A stretch of 64,000 nt of DNA from an uncultured Bacteroidales bacterium (GCA_900315245.1 OMYJ01000003.1:32121-96120), one strand, 5' to 3'; positions 25,844-34,899 are shown, counted from the first letter of the stretch. The notes: generated by a model not told the origin, from the letters alone. Made by a program: numbers and translations.

Positions 25844-27187
25844 TTATTCTATTTTTCCAAACTGTTCCATCCCCACCATCGGCTTGGTGTCGATCAGTTT
25901 CAGCGACTTCACCATTTTGGCGGTGCCCTCCTTGTACTTCTTGAAATGGGCGGTCTGGAGATGGCTCTGGTAGGCCTCTTTGTCGGCGTAGATTTCGAGG
26001 ATGTAGATTTTGCAGGGGTCTTCTTTGGTCTGCATTGAGAAGAGGGTTAGCACGCCGGGCTCCACCTTCACTGAGGTCTCCCCAACTTCCTTTGCGTAAG
26101 CCAGATACGCTTCCAGATACTCCGGCACCACCTCAATTTCGGCGAGGCGGACGATGCGCTCGCCGTATTGCCGCAGGGGCACGTTCTCACCGAACAGCCG
26201 GCGGGCGTTGTCGGTGAAGATGTCCTGCGGGTTCAGTCCGTGCGAGGCGAGACGGCCTTCCAAGGCCTGCTTGCCGCTGATGAGCACCGGCTCGGCCACG
26301 TACGGGTAGTCGCTGCCGTAGAGGATATGGTCGGGCGTGGTGATGGTGAGGATCGCGTCGAGGACGTCATCGGTAGGCGCGCCGGCCAGATCGTAGTAGA
26401 GCCGCGACAGGTTGGCATCGACATCCACGGGCTGCATGATGCCCTGCTTCACCATCACGGGCAGCAGAGAACGGAAGCGCGGCAAGGCGTTGGGCAGGAA
26501 AGAGCCGCAGTGCGGCACCACTACCTTCAGGTTCGGGTAGCGCACCAACACGTTGTGGGCCACCATGTTGAGCACCGCACGAGAGGTTTCTGCCAAGTAT
26601 TCGTAGCTCGCCAACGGCACATCGGCAATCAACTGCGCGTTCACCGCCGAGGGTTTGTGCGGATGCAGGATGACGACGGCCTTTTGCGCGTTGAGGTAGG
26701 ACATAAGGGTGTCCAAGTCGGGGTCGCCGAGGTACTGCCCATAGCTGTTGGTGGCCAACTTGATGCCGTCGGCACCCAACACCTCCAAGGCGTAACGTGC
26801 CTCTTCCAACGCGTGCGGCACATCGGGCAGGGGCAGCGCGGCGCAGAACATAAAATGCCCCGGATAGCGGGCCTTCAGCGCGGCGCACTCTTCGTTGTAC
26901 TTGCGGCACACTTTTGCCGAAGCCTCCGCGTCGCCGAAGAAGGGCTGCGGAGCGGGCATCGTCAGCACCGAAGTCTGGATGCCGGCCTTGTCCATGAAGG
27001 CGATATGCTTCTCCACGTCCCAGCCCGGGATGGGAAACCCCTCGTCCATCTCGGCACCGTTGGCCTTGATGTAGTCAAGGTAACCCTGCGTGATGGCGTG
27101 ACTGTGGAGGTCGATCTGAGCGGAAACGTGCGCCATAAGCAATGTCATAAAGCTGATTATCAGTATTTTCCTCATAGTGTGAGACAC
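25844..27187 (-). CDS. Amidohydrolase-family (ACMSD-like) protein with C-terminal ABM monooxygenase-like domain
   Basis: Signal peptide, IDLHSHAI, ..VILHPHKP..VVPHCGSF..GSDYPY. The tail reads ..IYILEIYADKEAYQSHLQTAHFKKY. Confidence 0.65.
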   Translation of the reverse strand: MSHTMRKILIISFMTLLMAHVSAQIDLHSHAITQGYLDYIKANGAEMDEGFPIPGWDVEKHIAFMDKAGIQTSVLTMPAPQPFFGDAEASAKVCRKYNEECAALKARYPGHFMFCAALPLPDVPHALEEARYALEVLGADGIKLATNSYGQYLGDPDLDTLMSYLNAQKAVVILHPHKPSAVNAQLIADVPLASYEYLAETSRAVLNMVAHNVLVRYPNLKVVVPHCGSFLPNALPRFRSLLPVMVKQGIMQPVDVDANLSRLYYDLAGAPTDDVLDAILTITTPDHILYGSDYPYVAEPVLISGKQALEGRLASHGLNPQDIFTDNARRLFGENVPLRQYGERIVRLAEIEVVPEYLEAYLAYAKEVGETSVKVEPGVLTLFSMQTKEDPCKIYILEIYADKEAYQSHLQTAHFKKYKEGTAKMVKSLKLIDTKPMVGMEQFGKIE

Positions 27188-27381
27188 TCTCTTTTTTTTC
27201 TTGCAAAAATAGGGATTTTTTTATTCCATCGTGTGCTCCCAGTCGCCTCGGGTGTCGATGCCGGTGTCCGTGTTCCATAGGCTAAAGTTTATACGTAAGC
27301 CCTGTCCTTCTTACAGATTCTCGTCATTGTTTCAAAAAAGTTTGTACTTTTGCATTTTGTAATAATTGAAAAACTATCATC

Positions 27382-28485
27382 ATGAAGAAATCATTGTTTG
27401 TGGCTGTGCTGTTAATGCTTGCCGGAATGACACTGAATGCTCAGGAGAACAACTACGCGAAGAGCGATTTTGTTCCCGGCGACGAAATCATATTCGACGA
27501 CAACTTTGAACACGAGAAACTTGGGGAATTCCCGCTGCGATGGGACTTGCTGGATGGCTATGCGGAGACCGCGCAGCAGAAGGGTCGCAATGTTCTGGCG
27601 TTCACCGACAACGGTCTGGGACAGGTGATGCCGCTGATGAAAGAGAAATGGGATTGGCTACCTGAGGTGTTCACGGTGGAGTTCGACCTCTACGTGGCCC
27701 CGATGAATTCGGCAGACGAGGAGGAGACATCGCTCGATATGAGCATTTATTTCGGCGACCGCGGTGACGAAAGCTACTACAACGCCTCGAGTTATGTGCG
27801 TTTCTGGTACAGGGAAGACGGGTCGTGCAACTTGACGTGGTCTCTGCTGAAACCGGACGGGAGTAGCCAGTCGAGTGGAGAAAAGATGTTGGGGCTGACC
27901 CCGGGCACCAGCGACTACTTAGAGAAGGACAATCCGGTGGTTGCCGGCGAGTGGAACCACTTCGCCTTTTCGTTCAACAAGCGGGCTTTCAAGGGCTATG
28001 TGAATGGCGTGCGCATGATCAACGTGCCGGCGATGAAGGCGCCGGGCTACCTCTTCTTCGCCAGCGGAGCGTACTATCGCTACACGGGGTTGAGCAACGT
28101 GCGCATCGCCCAGGGCGCCGTGCCGCTCTACGACCGTTTGACCACCGACGGCAAGATTGTGACCTACGCCATCACCTTCGAGAGCGGCAAGGCCGACCTC
28201 AAACCGGAATCCACCATTGAAATCAATCGCGTGGCCAAGCTGATGCAAGAGCACACCGACCTCATCTTCGAGGTGCAGGGTCACTGCGACAACACCGGAA
28301 CCGACGCCATAAACGATCCGCTGAGCCAGAAGCGTGCAGAAGCCATCGTGGATGCCCTGGTGAAACTGGGTATCGACAAATCACGTCTCTCGGCCGTGGG
28401 CAAAGGATCACACTCCCCCATCGCCCCCAACACCACAGAGGAAGGCCGTGCCAAGAACCGCCGTGTGGAATTTGTAAAGAAATAA
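27382..28485 (+). CDS. OmpA-family protein
   Basis: Signal peptide MKKSLFVAVLLMLAGMTLNAQ and a C-terminal OmpA domain FESGKADLKPES...GHCDNTGTDAINDPLSQKRAEAIVDALV..GRAKNRRVEF. Confidence 0.8.
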   Translation: MKKSLFVAVLLMLAGMTLNAQENNYAKSDFVPGDEIIFDDNFEHEKLGEFPLRWDLLDGYAETAQQKGRNVLAFTDNGLGQVMPLMKEKWDWLPEVFTVEFDLYVAPMNSADEEETSLDMSIYFGDRGDESYYNASSYVRFWYREDGSCNLTWSLLKPDGSSQSSGEKMLGLTPGTSDYLEKDNPVVAGEWNHFAFSFNKRAFKGYVNGVRMINVPAMKAPGYLFFASGAYYRYTGLSNVRIAQGAVPLYDRLTTDGKIVTYAITFESGKADLKPESTIEINRVAKLMQEHTDLIFEVQGHCDNTGTDAINDPLSQKRAEAIVDALVKLGIDKSRLSAVGKGSHSPIAPNTTEEGRAKNRRVEFVKK

Positions 28486-28490
28486 GAGAA

Positions 28491-29117
28491 TGATTTGGTT
28501 ACTTCGTGTTGGTTACTTCGTGTTGGTTACTTCGTGTTGATTATTTCATGTTGATTATTTCATGTTAACACGAAGTAATTAACAGCCGCAGGCTAACTAA
28601 CAGCGTAGCTAATCAACAGCCGAAGGCTAACTAACAGCCGAAGGCTAACCAACAGCGAAGCTAACCAACAGCCGAAGGCTAACTAACAGCCGAAGGCTAA
28701 CCAACAGCCGAAGGCTAACTAACAGCCGAAGGCTAACCAACAGCCGAAGGCTAACCAACAGCCGAAGGCTAACCAACAGCCGAAGGCTAACCAACAGCGA
28801 AGCTAACCAACAGTCGAAGGCTAATCAACAGCGAAGCTAACCAACAGCCGAAGGCTAACTAACAGCCGAAGGCTAACTAACAGCCGAAGGCTAACTAACA
28901 GCCGAAGGCTAACCAACAGCGAAGCTAACTAACAGCCGAAGGCTAACCAACAGCGAAGCTAACCAACAGCCGAAGGCTAACTAACAGCCGAAGGCTAACC
29001 AACAGCGAAGCTAACCAACAGCGAAGCTAATCAACAGCCGAAGGCTAACTAACAGCGAAGCTAACCAACAGCCGAAGGCTAACTAACAGCCGAAGGCTAA
29101 CCAACAGTCGAAGGCTA
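28491..29117. repeat. Complete dyad array (centre GTTAAC at 28564-28569; right arm about 550 bp) between convergent genes
   Basis: It begins 6 nt after the TAA of 27382..28485. The last unit ..cgaaggcta provides the TAG stop (29115-29117) of the GNAT gene. Confidence 0.95.
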
Positions 29118-30275
29118 TTTCAGCTCCAACCTCAGCACCCTGATAGGTCTGTCTTTTCCTTGATACTGGGTCTCGTCGATGCAGGTTTCTCCGGTGGGTT
29201 GGAATCCACACTTCTCCATCACACGGCCGGAGGCGGGATTGTCAACGAAATGCCCGCTGATGAGCGATTGGATGTCCGTCGTTCGGCGGATATAGTCTAA
29301 CATCGTTTGCAGCGCTTCCGTGCAGATGCCTCGGTTCCAGTACGGTTTGGCCACCCAATAGCCGCAGAGGGGCTCCCCCTCGCGGGCGGGGAGATTGCAC
29401 TCGCACGAAGGACCGTAGCCGATGGCCCCGATGGCTTCTCCCGTCGCGTTGAGTTCGATGGCCCAGTTGGAGTCGTTGTGGAATACCGTGCGGATGATCT
29501 CTAAGCTTTCCTCTCTGCTGTTGTGCGGTGGCCAGCCCGCCCGAGGTCCCACGTCCGGGTCGGAGGCGTATTTGAACAAGGAGTCGGCGTCGCTCTCAAA
29601 CCAGGGACGAAGTGTCAGCCTCTCGGTCCGCAGCATCAGTTTGGCCTTTTCGGCGAAAGGCGGCAACTGCCCATCGTTATAGGCTTTCGCCTTTCTGGGG
29701 AAACCTTTGTCGTACGCTTCGAACGCTTCGGGGTTCTCATCAGCCACGAAATAGCCCTTCGGCGGACAATAGGTGCCCTCGCGGTTGCCCCAATAGCCAG
29801 GAATCAGCTCCTGGGCGAGGAAGAAAGGTACTTCCTCCTGCGGCATATCATGGTAATGGATGCGGAGCTTGCTGGCCAGACCGAAGCCCGCGTGTTTGTA
29901 AAACTCGATATTGCCCTCCATCTGAAGCATGCCGACCCCCATCTCACGCGCCTTCTCCAATGCATAGCGAAGGAGTTTCAGCCCGTAGCCTTTGCGCTTG
30001 TAGTCGGGGTGAATGCTGATGGGGCCGAAGGTCCATGAAGGGAAGGCTGTCCCATCGTCAAGGAGGATTTCGGCTTTCGAGAACATCACGTGACCGATCA
30101 GCTTGCCGTCTTCTTCCATCACGAAGTCCAGTTCGGGGATGAAATCGGGATTGTTTCTGTATTGATTGAGCACATAATGCTCCGTGCATCCGGGACGATA
30201 GACGTTCCAGAACGCATTGCGGGTGAGGTCCTCCACCTCGCGATAATCTTCGGGTTGCTCAAGTCGGATAGTCAT
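29115..30275 (-). CDS. Tandem GNAT-family N-acetyltransferase
   Basis: Two acetyltransferase halves: ..HPDYKRKGYGLKLLRYALEKA.. and ..VAKPYWNRGICTEALQTMLDY.. Confidence 0.8.
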   Translation of the reverse strand: MTIRLEQPEDYREVEDLTRNAFWNVYRPGCTEHYVLNQYRNNPDFIPELDFVMEEDGKLIGHVMFSKAEILLDDGTAFPSWTFGPISIHPDYKRKGYGLKLLRYALEKAREMGVGMLQMEGNIEFYKHAGFGLASKLRIHYHDMPQEEVPFFLAQELIPGYWGNREGTYCPPKGYFVADENPEAFEAYDKGFPRKAKAYNDGQLPPFAEKAKLMLRTERLTLRPWFESDADSLFKYASDPDVGPRAGWPPHNSREESLEIIRTVFHNDSNWAIELNATGEAIGAIGYGPSCECNLPAREGEPLCGYWVAKPYWNRGICTEALQTMLDYIRRTTDIQSLISGHFVDNPASGRVMEKCGFQPTGETCIDETQYQGKDRPIRVLRLELK

Positions 30276-30316
30276 AGTCTATTTTATGTCTATTTTATCG
30301 GATGAAATTCGTTTAA

Positions 30317-30535
30317 GTGAATGTTGGTTACTTCGTGTTAGTTACTTCGTGTTAGTTACTTCGTGTTAGTTATTTCATGTTGGTGACTTCGTGTTGGTGA
30401 GTGAATGTTAACACGAAGTCATTAACAGCGAAGCTAACTAACAGCGAAGCTAATCAACAGCCGAAGGCTAACTAACAGCGAAGCTAATCAACAGCCGAAG
30501 GCTAACTAACAGCCGAAGGCTCATCAACACGAAGT
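30317..30535. repeat. Complete dyad array (centre GTTAAC at 30407-30412)
   Basis: The boundary gtgaatgtt is at 30317. The right end ..ggctcatcaacacgaagt supplies TSC* of the ClbS-like CDS. Confidence 0.95.
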
Positions 30536-31054
30536 CTTCAGCTTCTTTTGGTGCGTCTTCAACATCTTCAACGCCTGCTTGTAGGGACTCGTGGTGACAC
30601 TCGTGAAGTAAGCCGCCATATCGGTGGTGTAGGTGCACTTGTAGTGGCCTTTGGTGAAAAGTTCCTCCTCGGAGAAGCTGCCCGCCAGCTGAATCATTTC
30701 GTCATGGGTCTGCTCCAGAAGCCGCTGCGCCTCTTTGAACGAGGTGCTCTGGTGTTTTTCCACCAACATCTTGTCCATTTCGTGGTAGTTTTTGCGGTAT
30801 TCGTCGGGCAGATAGTCCTTTTGACGGCCTTCGCGGATGTTGTTCACAAATTCGCTCATCAGCACTTGCCATTCATAAAGGTGTATGAGGAGGTCGCGGG
30901 CGCATTGGTCGTAAATCCACCGTGCACCGCATTTTTTGGGGTCATTGGCGAACTGGAAGGTCGCGTTCAGTTCGTCATCTGTCATTTTGCCGATTTGCTC
31001 GTTCAGTTTCGCATAACTGTCCGACATGGCTGCTAAGAGTTCGTTTTTGTCCAT
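30524..31054 (-). CDS. ClbS/DfsB-family four-helix-bundle protein (DUF1706)
   Basis: Start trimmed to MDKNELL, because the -7 box at 31097 overlaps the longer ORF. ..CARDLLIHLYEWQVLMSEFV.. Confidence 0.65.
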   Translation of the reverse strand: MDKNELLAAMSDSYAKLNEQIGKMTDDELNATFQFANDPKKCGARWIYDQCARDLLIHLYEWQVLMSEFVNNIREGRQKDYLPDEYRKNYHEMDKMLVEKHQSTSFKEAQRLLEQTHDEMIQLAGSFSEEELFTKGHYKCTYTTDMAAYFTSVTTSPYKQALKMLKTHQKKLKTSC

Positions 31055-31096
31055 TGTCGTTTTGGCTTTCACATTTGTTTTATTCAAAAAACCTTG

Positions 31097-31104
31097 CAAA
31101 GATA
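31097..31104 (-). promoter_or_regulatory. -7 box (CAAAGATA on the + strand) for the ClbS-like gene
   Basis: ccttgcaaagatac, 43 nt upstream of the ATG at 31054. Confidence 0.5.
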
Positions 31105-31132
31105 CAACTTTTCTTAATTGAAGCTGAAAGCT

Positions 31133-31277
31133 GGTTACTTCGTGTTGATTACTTCGTGTTGATTATTTCATGTTAACACGAAGTCATTAACAGCCGAAGG
31201 CTAACCAACAGCGAAGCTAACCAACAGCGAAGCTAATCAACAGCCGTAGGCTAATCAACAGCGAAGCTAACCGACAG
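31133..31277. repeat. Short complete dyad array (centre GTTAAC at 31172-31177) between divergent promoters
   Basis: ggttacttcgtgtt gattacttcgtgtt gattatttcatGTTAACacgaagtcatt aacagccgaaggct... Confidence 0.95.
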
Positions 31278-31324
31278 CCATATTCTTTTGCAAAATATTT
31301 TTTTGCCATGTAAGAAAATAGTCG

Positions 31325-31332
31325 TATTTTTG
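31325..31332 (+). promoter_or_regulatory. -7 box TATTTTTG for the ferritin gene
   Basis: gtcgtatttttgcaacc, 65 nt upstream of the ATG at 31397. Confidence 0.5.
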
Positions 31333-31396
31333 CAACCGAAAAGCAGGAACGTCATTAATCCGTCTTTTCGACAACAATCTATAAATAACAATAATT

Positions 31397-31912
31397 ATGC
31401 TTAACAAAAAAGTAGCCGATCTGCTTAACGATCAAATCAACAAGGAGCTTTACAGCGCCTATCTCTATCTTGATATGTCCAACTATTTCGAGCGCCGCGG
31501 TCTGAACGGCTTCGCCAACTGGTATATGATTCAGGCCCAGGAGGAGCGCGACCACGCTATGCTGTTCTACCGCTACATGCAGAACAACGACTGCCCCGTG
31601 ACGCTGGATGCTATCGCCAAGCCCGACAAGGTGTTCAAGAAAGATATGGACGTGCTGAAGGCCGGTCTGGAGCACGAGGAATATGTAACCGCCTCGATCC
31701 ACACTATCTATGACGCCGCGAACAAGGTCAAGGATTTCCGTACTATGCAGTTCCTCGACTGGTTCGTCAAAGAGCAAGGCGAAGAGGAAACCAACGCCCG
31801 CGATATGATCTCGAAGATGGAACTCTTCGGCAGCGACCCCCGCAGCCTCTATATGCTCAACCAGGAGCTCGCCGCCCGCGCCTACAGCGCCCCCAGTCTG
31901 GTACTCGATTAA
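31397..31912 (+). CDS. ftnA: Non-haem ferritin
   Basis: LNDQINKELYSAYLYLDMSNYF..GFANWYMIQAQEERDHAMLFYRYM..LEHEEYVTASI.. Confidence 0.9.
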   Translation: MLNKKVADLLNDQINKELYSAYLYLDMSNYFERRGLNGFANWYMIQAQEERDHAMLFYRYMQNNDCPVTLDAIAKPDKVFKKDMDVLKAGLEHEEYVTASIHTIYDAANKVKDFRTMQFLDWFVKEQGEEETNARDMISKMELFGSDPRSLYMLNQELAARAYSAPSLVLD

Positions 31913-31963
31913 GACAAAGAATACTTCAAAAACACTACTTTTCTTGAAAGAAACAGAAAGGCT

Positions 31964-32667
31964 GATCACTTCGTGTTGATGACTTCGTGTTGATGACTTC
32001 GTGTTGATGACTTCGTGTTGATGACTTCGTGTTAATTATTTCATGTTAATTATTTCATGTTAACACAAAGTAATTAACAGCCGAAGGCTAACCAACAGCG
32101 AAGCTAATCAACAGCCGAAGGCTAACCAACAGCCGAAGGCTAACCAACAGCGAAGCTAATCAACAGCCGAAGGCTAACCAACAGCGAAGCTAACCAACAG
32201 CCGAAGGCTAACCAACAGCGAAGCTCATCAACAGTCGAAGGCTAACCAACAGCGAAGCTCATCAACAGCCGAAGGCTAACCAACAGCGAAGCTAATCAAC
32301 AGTCGAAGGCTAACCAACAGCGAAGCTCATCAACAGCCGAAGGCTAACCAACAGCGAAGCTCATCAACAGCCGAAGGCTAACCAACAGCGAAGCTCATCA
32401 ACAGCCGAAGGCTAACCAACAGCGAAGCTAATCAACAGCCGAAGGCTAACCAACAGCGAAGCTAACCAACAGCGAAGCTAATCAACAGCCGAAGGCTAAC
32501 CAACAGCGAAGCTAACCAACAGCGAAGCTAACCAACAGCGAAGCTAACCAACAGCAAAGCTAATCAACAGCCGAAGGCTAACCAACAGCGAAGCTAATCA
32601 ACAGCCGAAGGCTAACCAACAGCGAAGCTAATCAACAGCCGAAGGCTAACCAACAGCCGCAGGCTCA
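31964..32667. repeat. Largest complete dyad array (centre GTTAAC at 32059-32064; right arm about 600 bp) between convergent genes
   Basis: The left arm uses GATGACTTCGTGTT then AATTATTTCATGTT units. The right arm ends ..cagccgcaggctca, containing the TGA stop (32665-32667) of the reductase gene. Confidence 0.95.
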
Positions 32668-33630
32668 CAACGCTCCTACCACCTCGTGCGCTTTGTAGGG
32701 CTCTTCGAGGTAGGTGGCGTCTTCGTCGCTGAGGTCGAGATCCAAGGCGCGGACCGCGTCGTTGAAGTGCGGCACTTTCGTGGCTCCCACGATGGGTGCG
32801 GCGACACCCCGCTTCAGCAGCCAGGCCAACGCCACTTCCGTCATCGTCACGCCGAGACGCTCCGCCACCTCCGCCACACGGGCGACGATCTGCATGTCGT
32901 TCTCCATGGCGTGGTCGTATTTGCTGTGCATCACCTTGTCGGTCTCGTTGCGCTTCGACCCACTGTTCCACTCCTTGCGGGTGAGGTGTCCGCTGGCGAG
33001 GGGAGAGTAAGGGATGAGCGACACGCCGTACTGTTTCGCCACGGGAATCAGCTCACGCTCGTCCTCGCGATAGAGGAGGTTGTAGTGGTTCTGCAGCGTG
33101 GAGAACAGCGTCCAGCCGTTGCGCTCGGCGCAGATCTGCATATTGTGGAACTGGTAGCCGTACATCGCCGAGGCGCCGATGGCCCGCACTTTGCCGCTTT
33201 GCACCAACTCGTGCAGCGTCTGCATCGTCTCCTCGATGGGTGTGCCGTAGTCGAAACGGTGGATCTGGTAGAGATCGAGGTAGTCGGTGCCCAAACGTTG
33301 CAGCGTGCCGTCGATCTCGCGACGGATGGCCGCGGCGGAGAGCTTGCCCTCGTTGAAATAGACTTTCGAGGCGAACACCACCTGGTCGCGGGCGACGCCG
33401 AGGTCTTTAAGCGCTTTGCCTAAGAACTCCTCGCTGGTACCGTGCGAATAGCCGTTGGCCGTGTCGAAGAAGTTCACCCCGAGGTCGAGGGCGTGCTTGA
33501 TCATCTTCGTGGTCTCCTCCTGATTGAGAGTCCACAGGTGGAAGTCCTCCGAGGGCTTCCCGTACGACATGCAGCCGACGCAGATGCGGCTGACTTCAAT
33601 GTCAGTGTTTCCTAATTGCGTGTATTTCAT
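32665..33630 (-). CDS. Aldo/keto reductase
   Basis: MKYTQLGNTDIEVSRICVGCMSYG..FFDTANGYSHGTSEEFLGKAL..DYLDLYQIHRFD. Confidence 0.85.
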   Translation of the reverse strand: MKYTQLGNTDIEVSRICVGCMSYGKPSEDFHLWTLNQEETTKMIKHALDLGVNFFDTANGYSHGTSEEFLGKALKDLGVARDQVVFASKVYFNEGKLSAAAIRREIDGTLQRLGTDYLDLYQIHRFDYGTPIEETMQTLHELVQSGKVRAIGASAMYGYQFHNMQICAERNGWTLFSTLQNHYNLLYREDERELIPVAKQYGVSLIPYSPLASGHLTRKEWNSGSKRNETDKVMHSKYDHAMENDMQIVARVAEVAERLGVTMTEVALAWLLKRGVAAPIVGATKVPHFNDAVRALDLDLSDEDATYLEEPYKAHEVVGAL

Positions 33631-33641
33631 AAGGATGTGCT

Positions 33642-34214
33642 TTATTGTATTCTTTTTTTGCCGTTCTGAATCACAACGCCTTTGTAACCTTGCGGCGCGA
33701 TTTGCCCGGTAATCGTGTAAGCGGGACCTTTGTCGTTTTCTTCAGGTGAGAAATCCCGAATGCCAGTTTGGATAGGCTGCAAGGAAAGGGTGATAGCCAC
33801 TTCGCCTTGCCCCGCCTTGACAAACTGGCGTACCTCGTCCGCCAACAGATTGTCTAATTTGCCGATGCGCGTATAGGACCAGGAGTTACTGCCATAGAAA
33901 ATGCAGATGTTGTTGCCGTTATACAGGACAAGGTCGCCGGCCGAAGTGGTGATTTGATGGTCCGCCGTCGGGAAAGACTGCCCGACATAGCCCACTTTCT
34001 CGAAATTGCCGTAGTCATCGGCCGTATAGGTGATGTTGTCCGTTTGAAGCGCGGCTACCAATGCCCGCGTCCCGACATTGTCTTCCATCGTAACGGCGCA
34101 CGTTGTCGTCCCGATGGTCACATACAGTTTGTCTTCCATATTTTGCGCATTAATGTTTTCTTTGTTACAGCCGCAAAGTAGAATGGCAACGACAAATATC
34201 CATGTTTTTTTCAT
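33642..34214 (-). CDS. Cyclophilin-like-fold lipoprotein
   Basis: Lipobox VAILLCGCN, then ..AVTMEDNVGTRALVAAL..GDLVLYNGNNICIFYGSNSWSYTRIGKL. Confidence 0.55.
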   Translation of the reverse strand: MKKTWIFVVAILLCGCNKENINAQNMEDKLYVTIGTTTCAVTMEDNVGTRALVAALQTDNITYTADDYGNFEKVGYVGQSFPTADHQITTSAGDLVLYNGNNICIFYGSNSWSYTRIGKLDNLLADEVRQFVKAGQGEVAITLSLQPIQTGIRDFSPEENDKGPAYTITGQIAPQGYKGVVIQNGKKRIQ

Positions 34215-34260
34215 TGTCCTGATTATATTACAACTCGCTTGATGCTTTCTTCTACGGATT

Positions 34261-34899
34261 TTACAGTCCCTTTAGCCACCGCTCCACCTTCGCCTTACCG
34301 TTTCGCACTTCGTGACCGTAGATGCTGAACTCGCCCGTGACCTTGGCCTTCGGGAAGGCTTTGCGCACGTCGTTGGCGCAGGAGGCCAGACCGCTGCCCT
34401 CGTGGGTGGTGAAGGGGATGACGGTCTTGCCGTCAAGGTTAATGTCCTTGAACAGCGTGAACATCACCTGCGGGTAGGTGCCCCACCACACGGGACCGCC
34501 GATGAAGACAGTGTCGTAACCGCTGAGGTCGGGAGCGGTGCCTTCGTAGGGAGGCAGTTCGCCTGCGGCGGCCTCTTTCTTGGCCAGCTCGATGAGCGGC
34601 GTGTAGGCCATGCCGTCATACTTGTGAGTGACGATCTCGAACTGGTCGGCGCCCGTGATTTCACTGATGTAGTCGGCCACGATCTTGGTGTTGCCCGTGT
34701 CGATGACGCCGACGGAATAGTTGTCCCCCGAGTGGGAGAAGAAAATGACGATGGATTTGCTCATATTTCCGGAATTTGATTTTTGTTCGTTCTGTAGAGA
34801 CGTTTCCTGAAACGTCTCCACATTGTTTTTATTCTGTCCGTTGCAGCCCGTGGCGAAAACCACGGCGAGGACTGCGACGAGGATGTTCTTGATGTTCAT
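34261..34899 (-). CDS. Flavodoxin-family lipoprotein
   Basis: Lipobox VVFATGCN, then SIVIFFSHSGDNY...FIGGPVWWGTYP..FTTHEGSG. Confidence 0.7.
   Translation of the reverse strand: MNIKNILVAVLAVVFATGCNGQNKNNVETFQETSLQNEQKSNSGNMSKSIVIFFSHSGDNYSVGVIDTGNTKIVADYISEITGADQFEIVTHKYDGMAYTPLIELAKKEAAAGELPPYEGTAPDLSGYDTVFIGGPVWWGTYPQVMFTLFKDINLDGKTVIPFTTHEGSGLASCANDVRKAFPKAKVTGEFSIYGHEVRNGKAKVERWLKGL

Noticed and set aside
31379-31969. 196-aa minus-strand ORF
   Set aside because: It is antisense to the ferritin gene, whose identity is unambiguous.
16295-32667. CRISPR array interpretation of the repeat blocks
   Set aside because: The units are contiguous, with no unique spacers between them. The unit length is 14-18 nt, far below CRISPR repeat size. 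No cas genes are present in the window.
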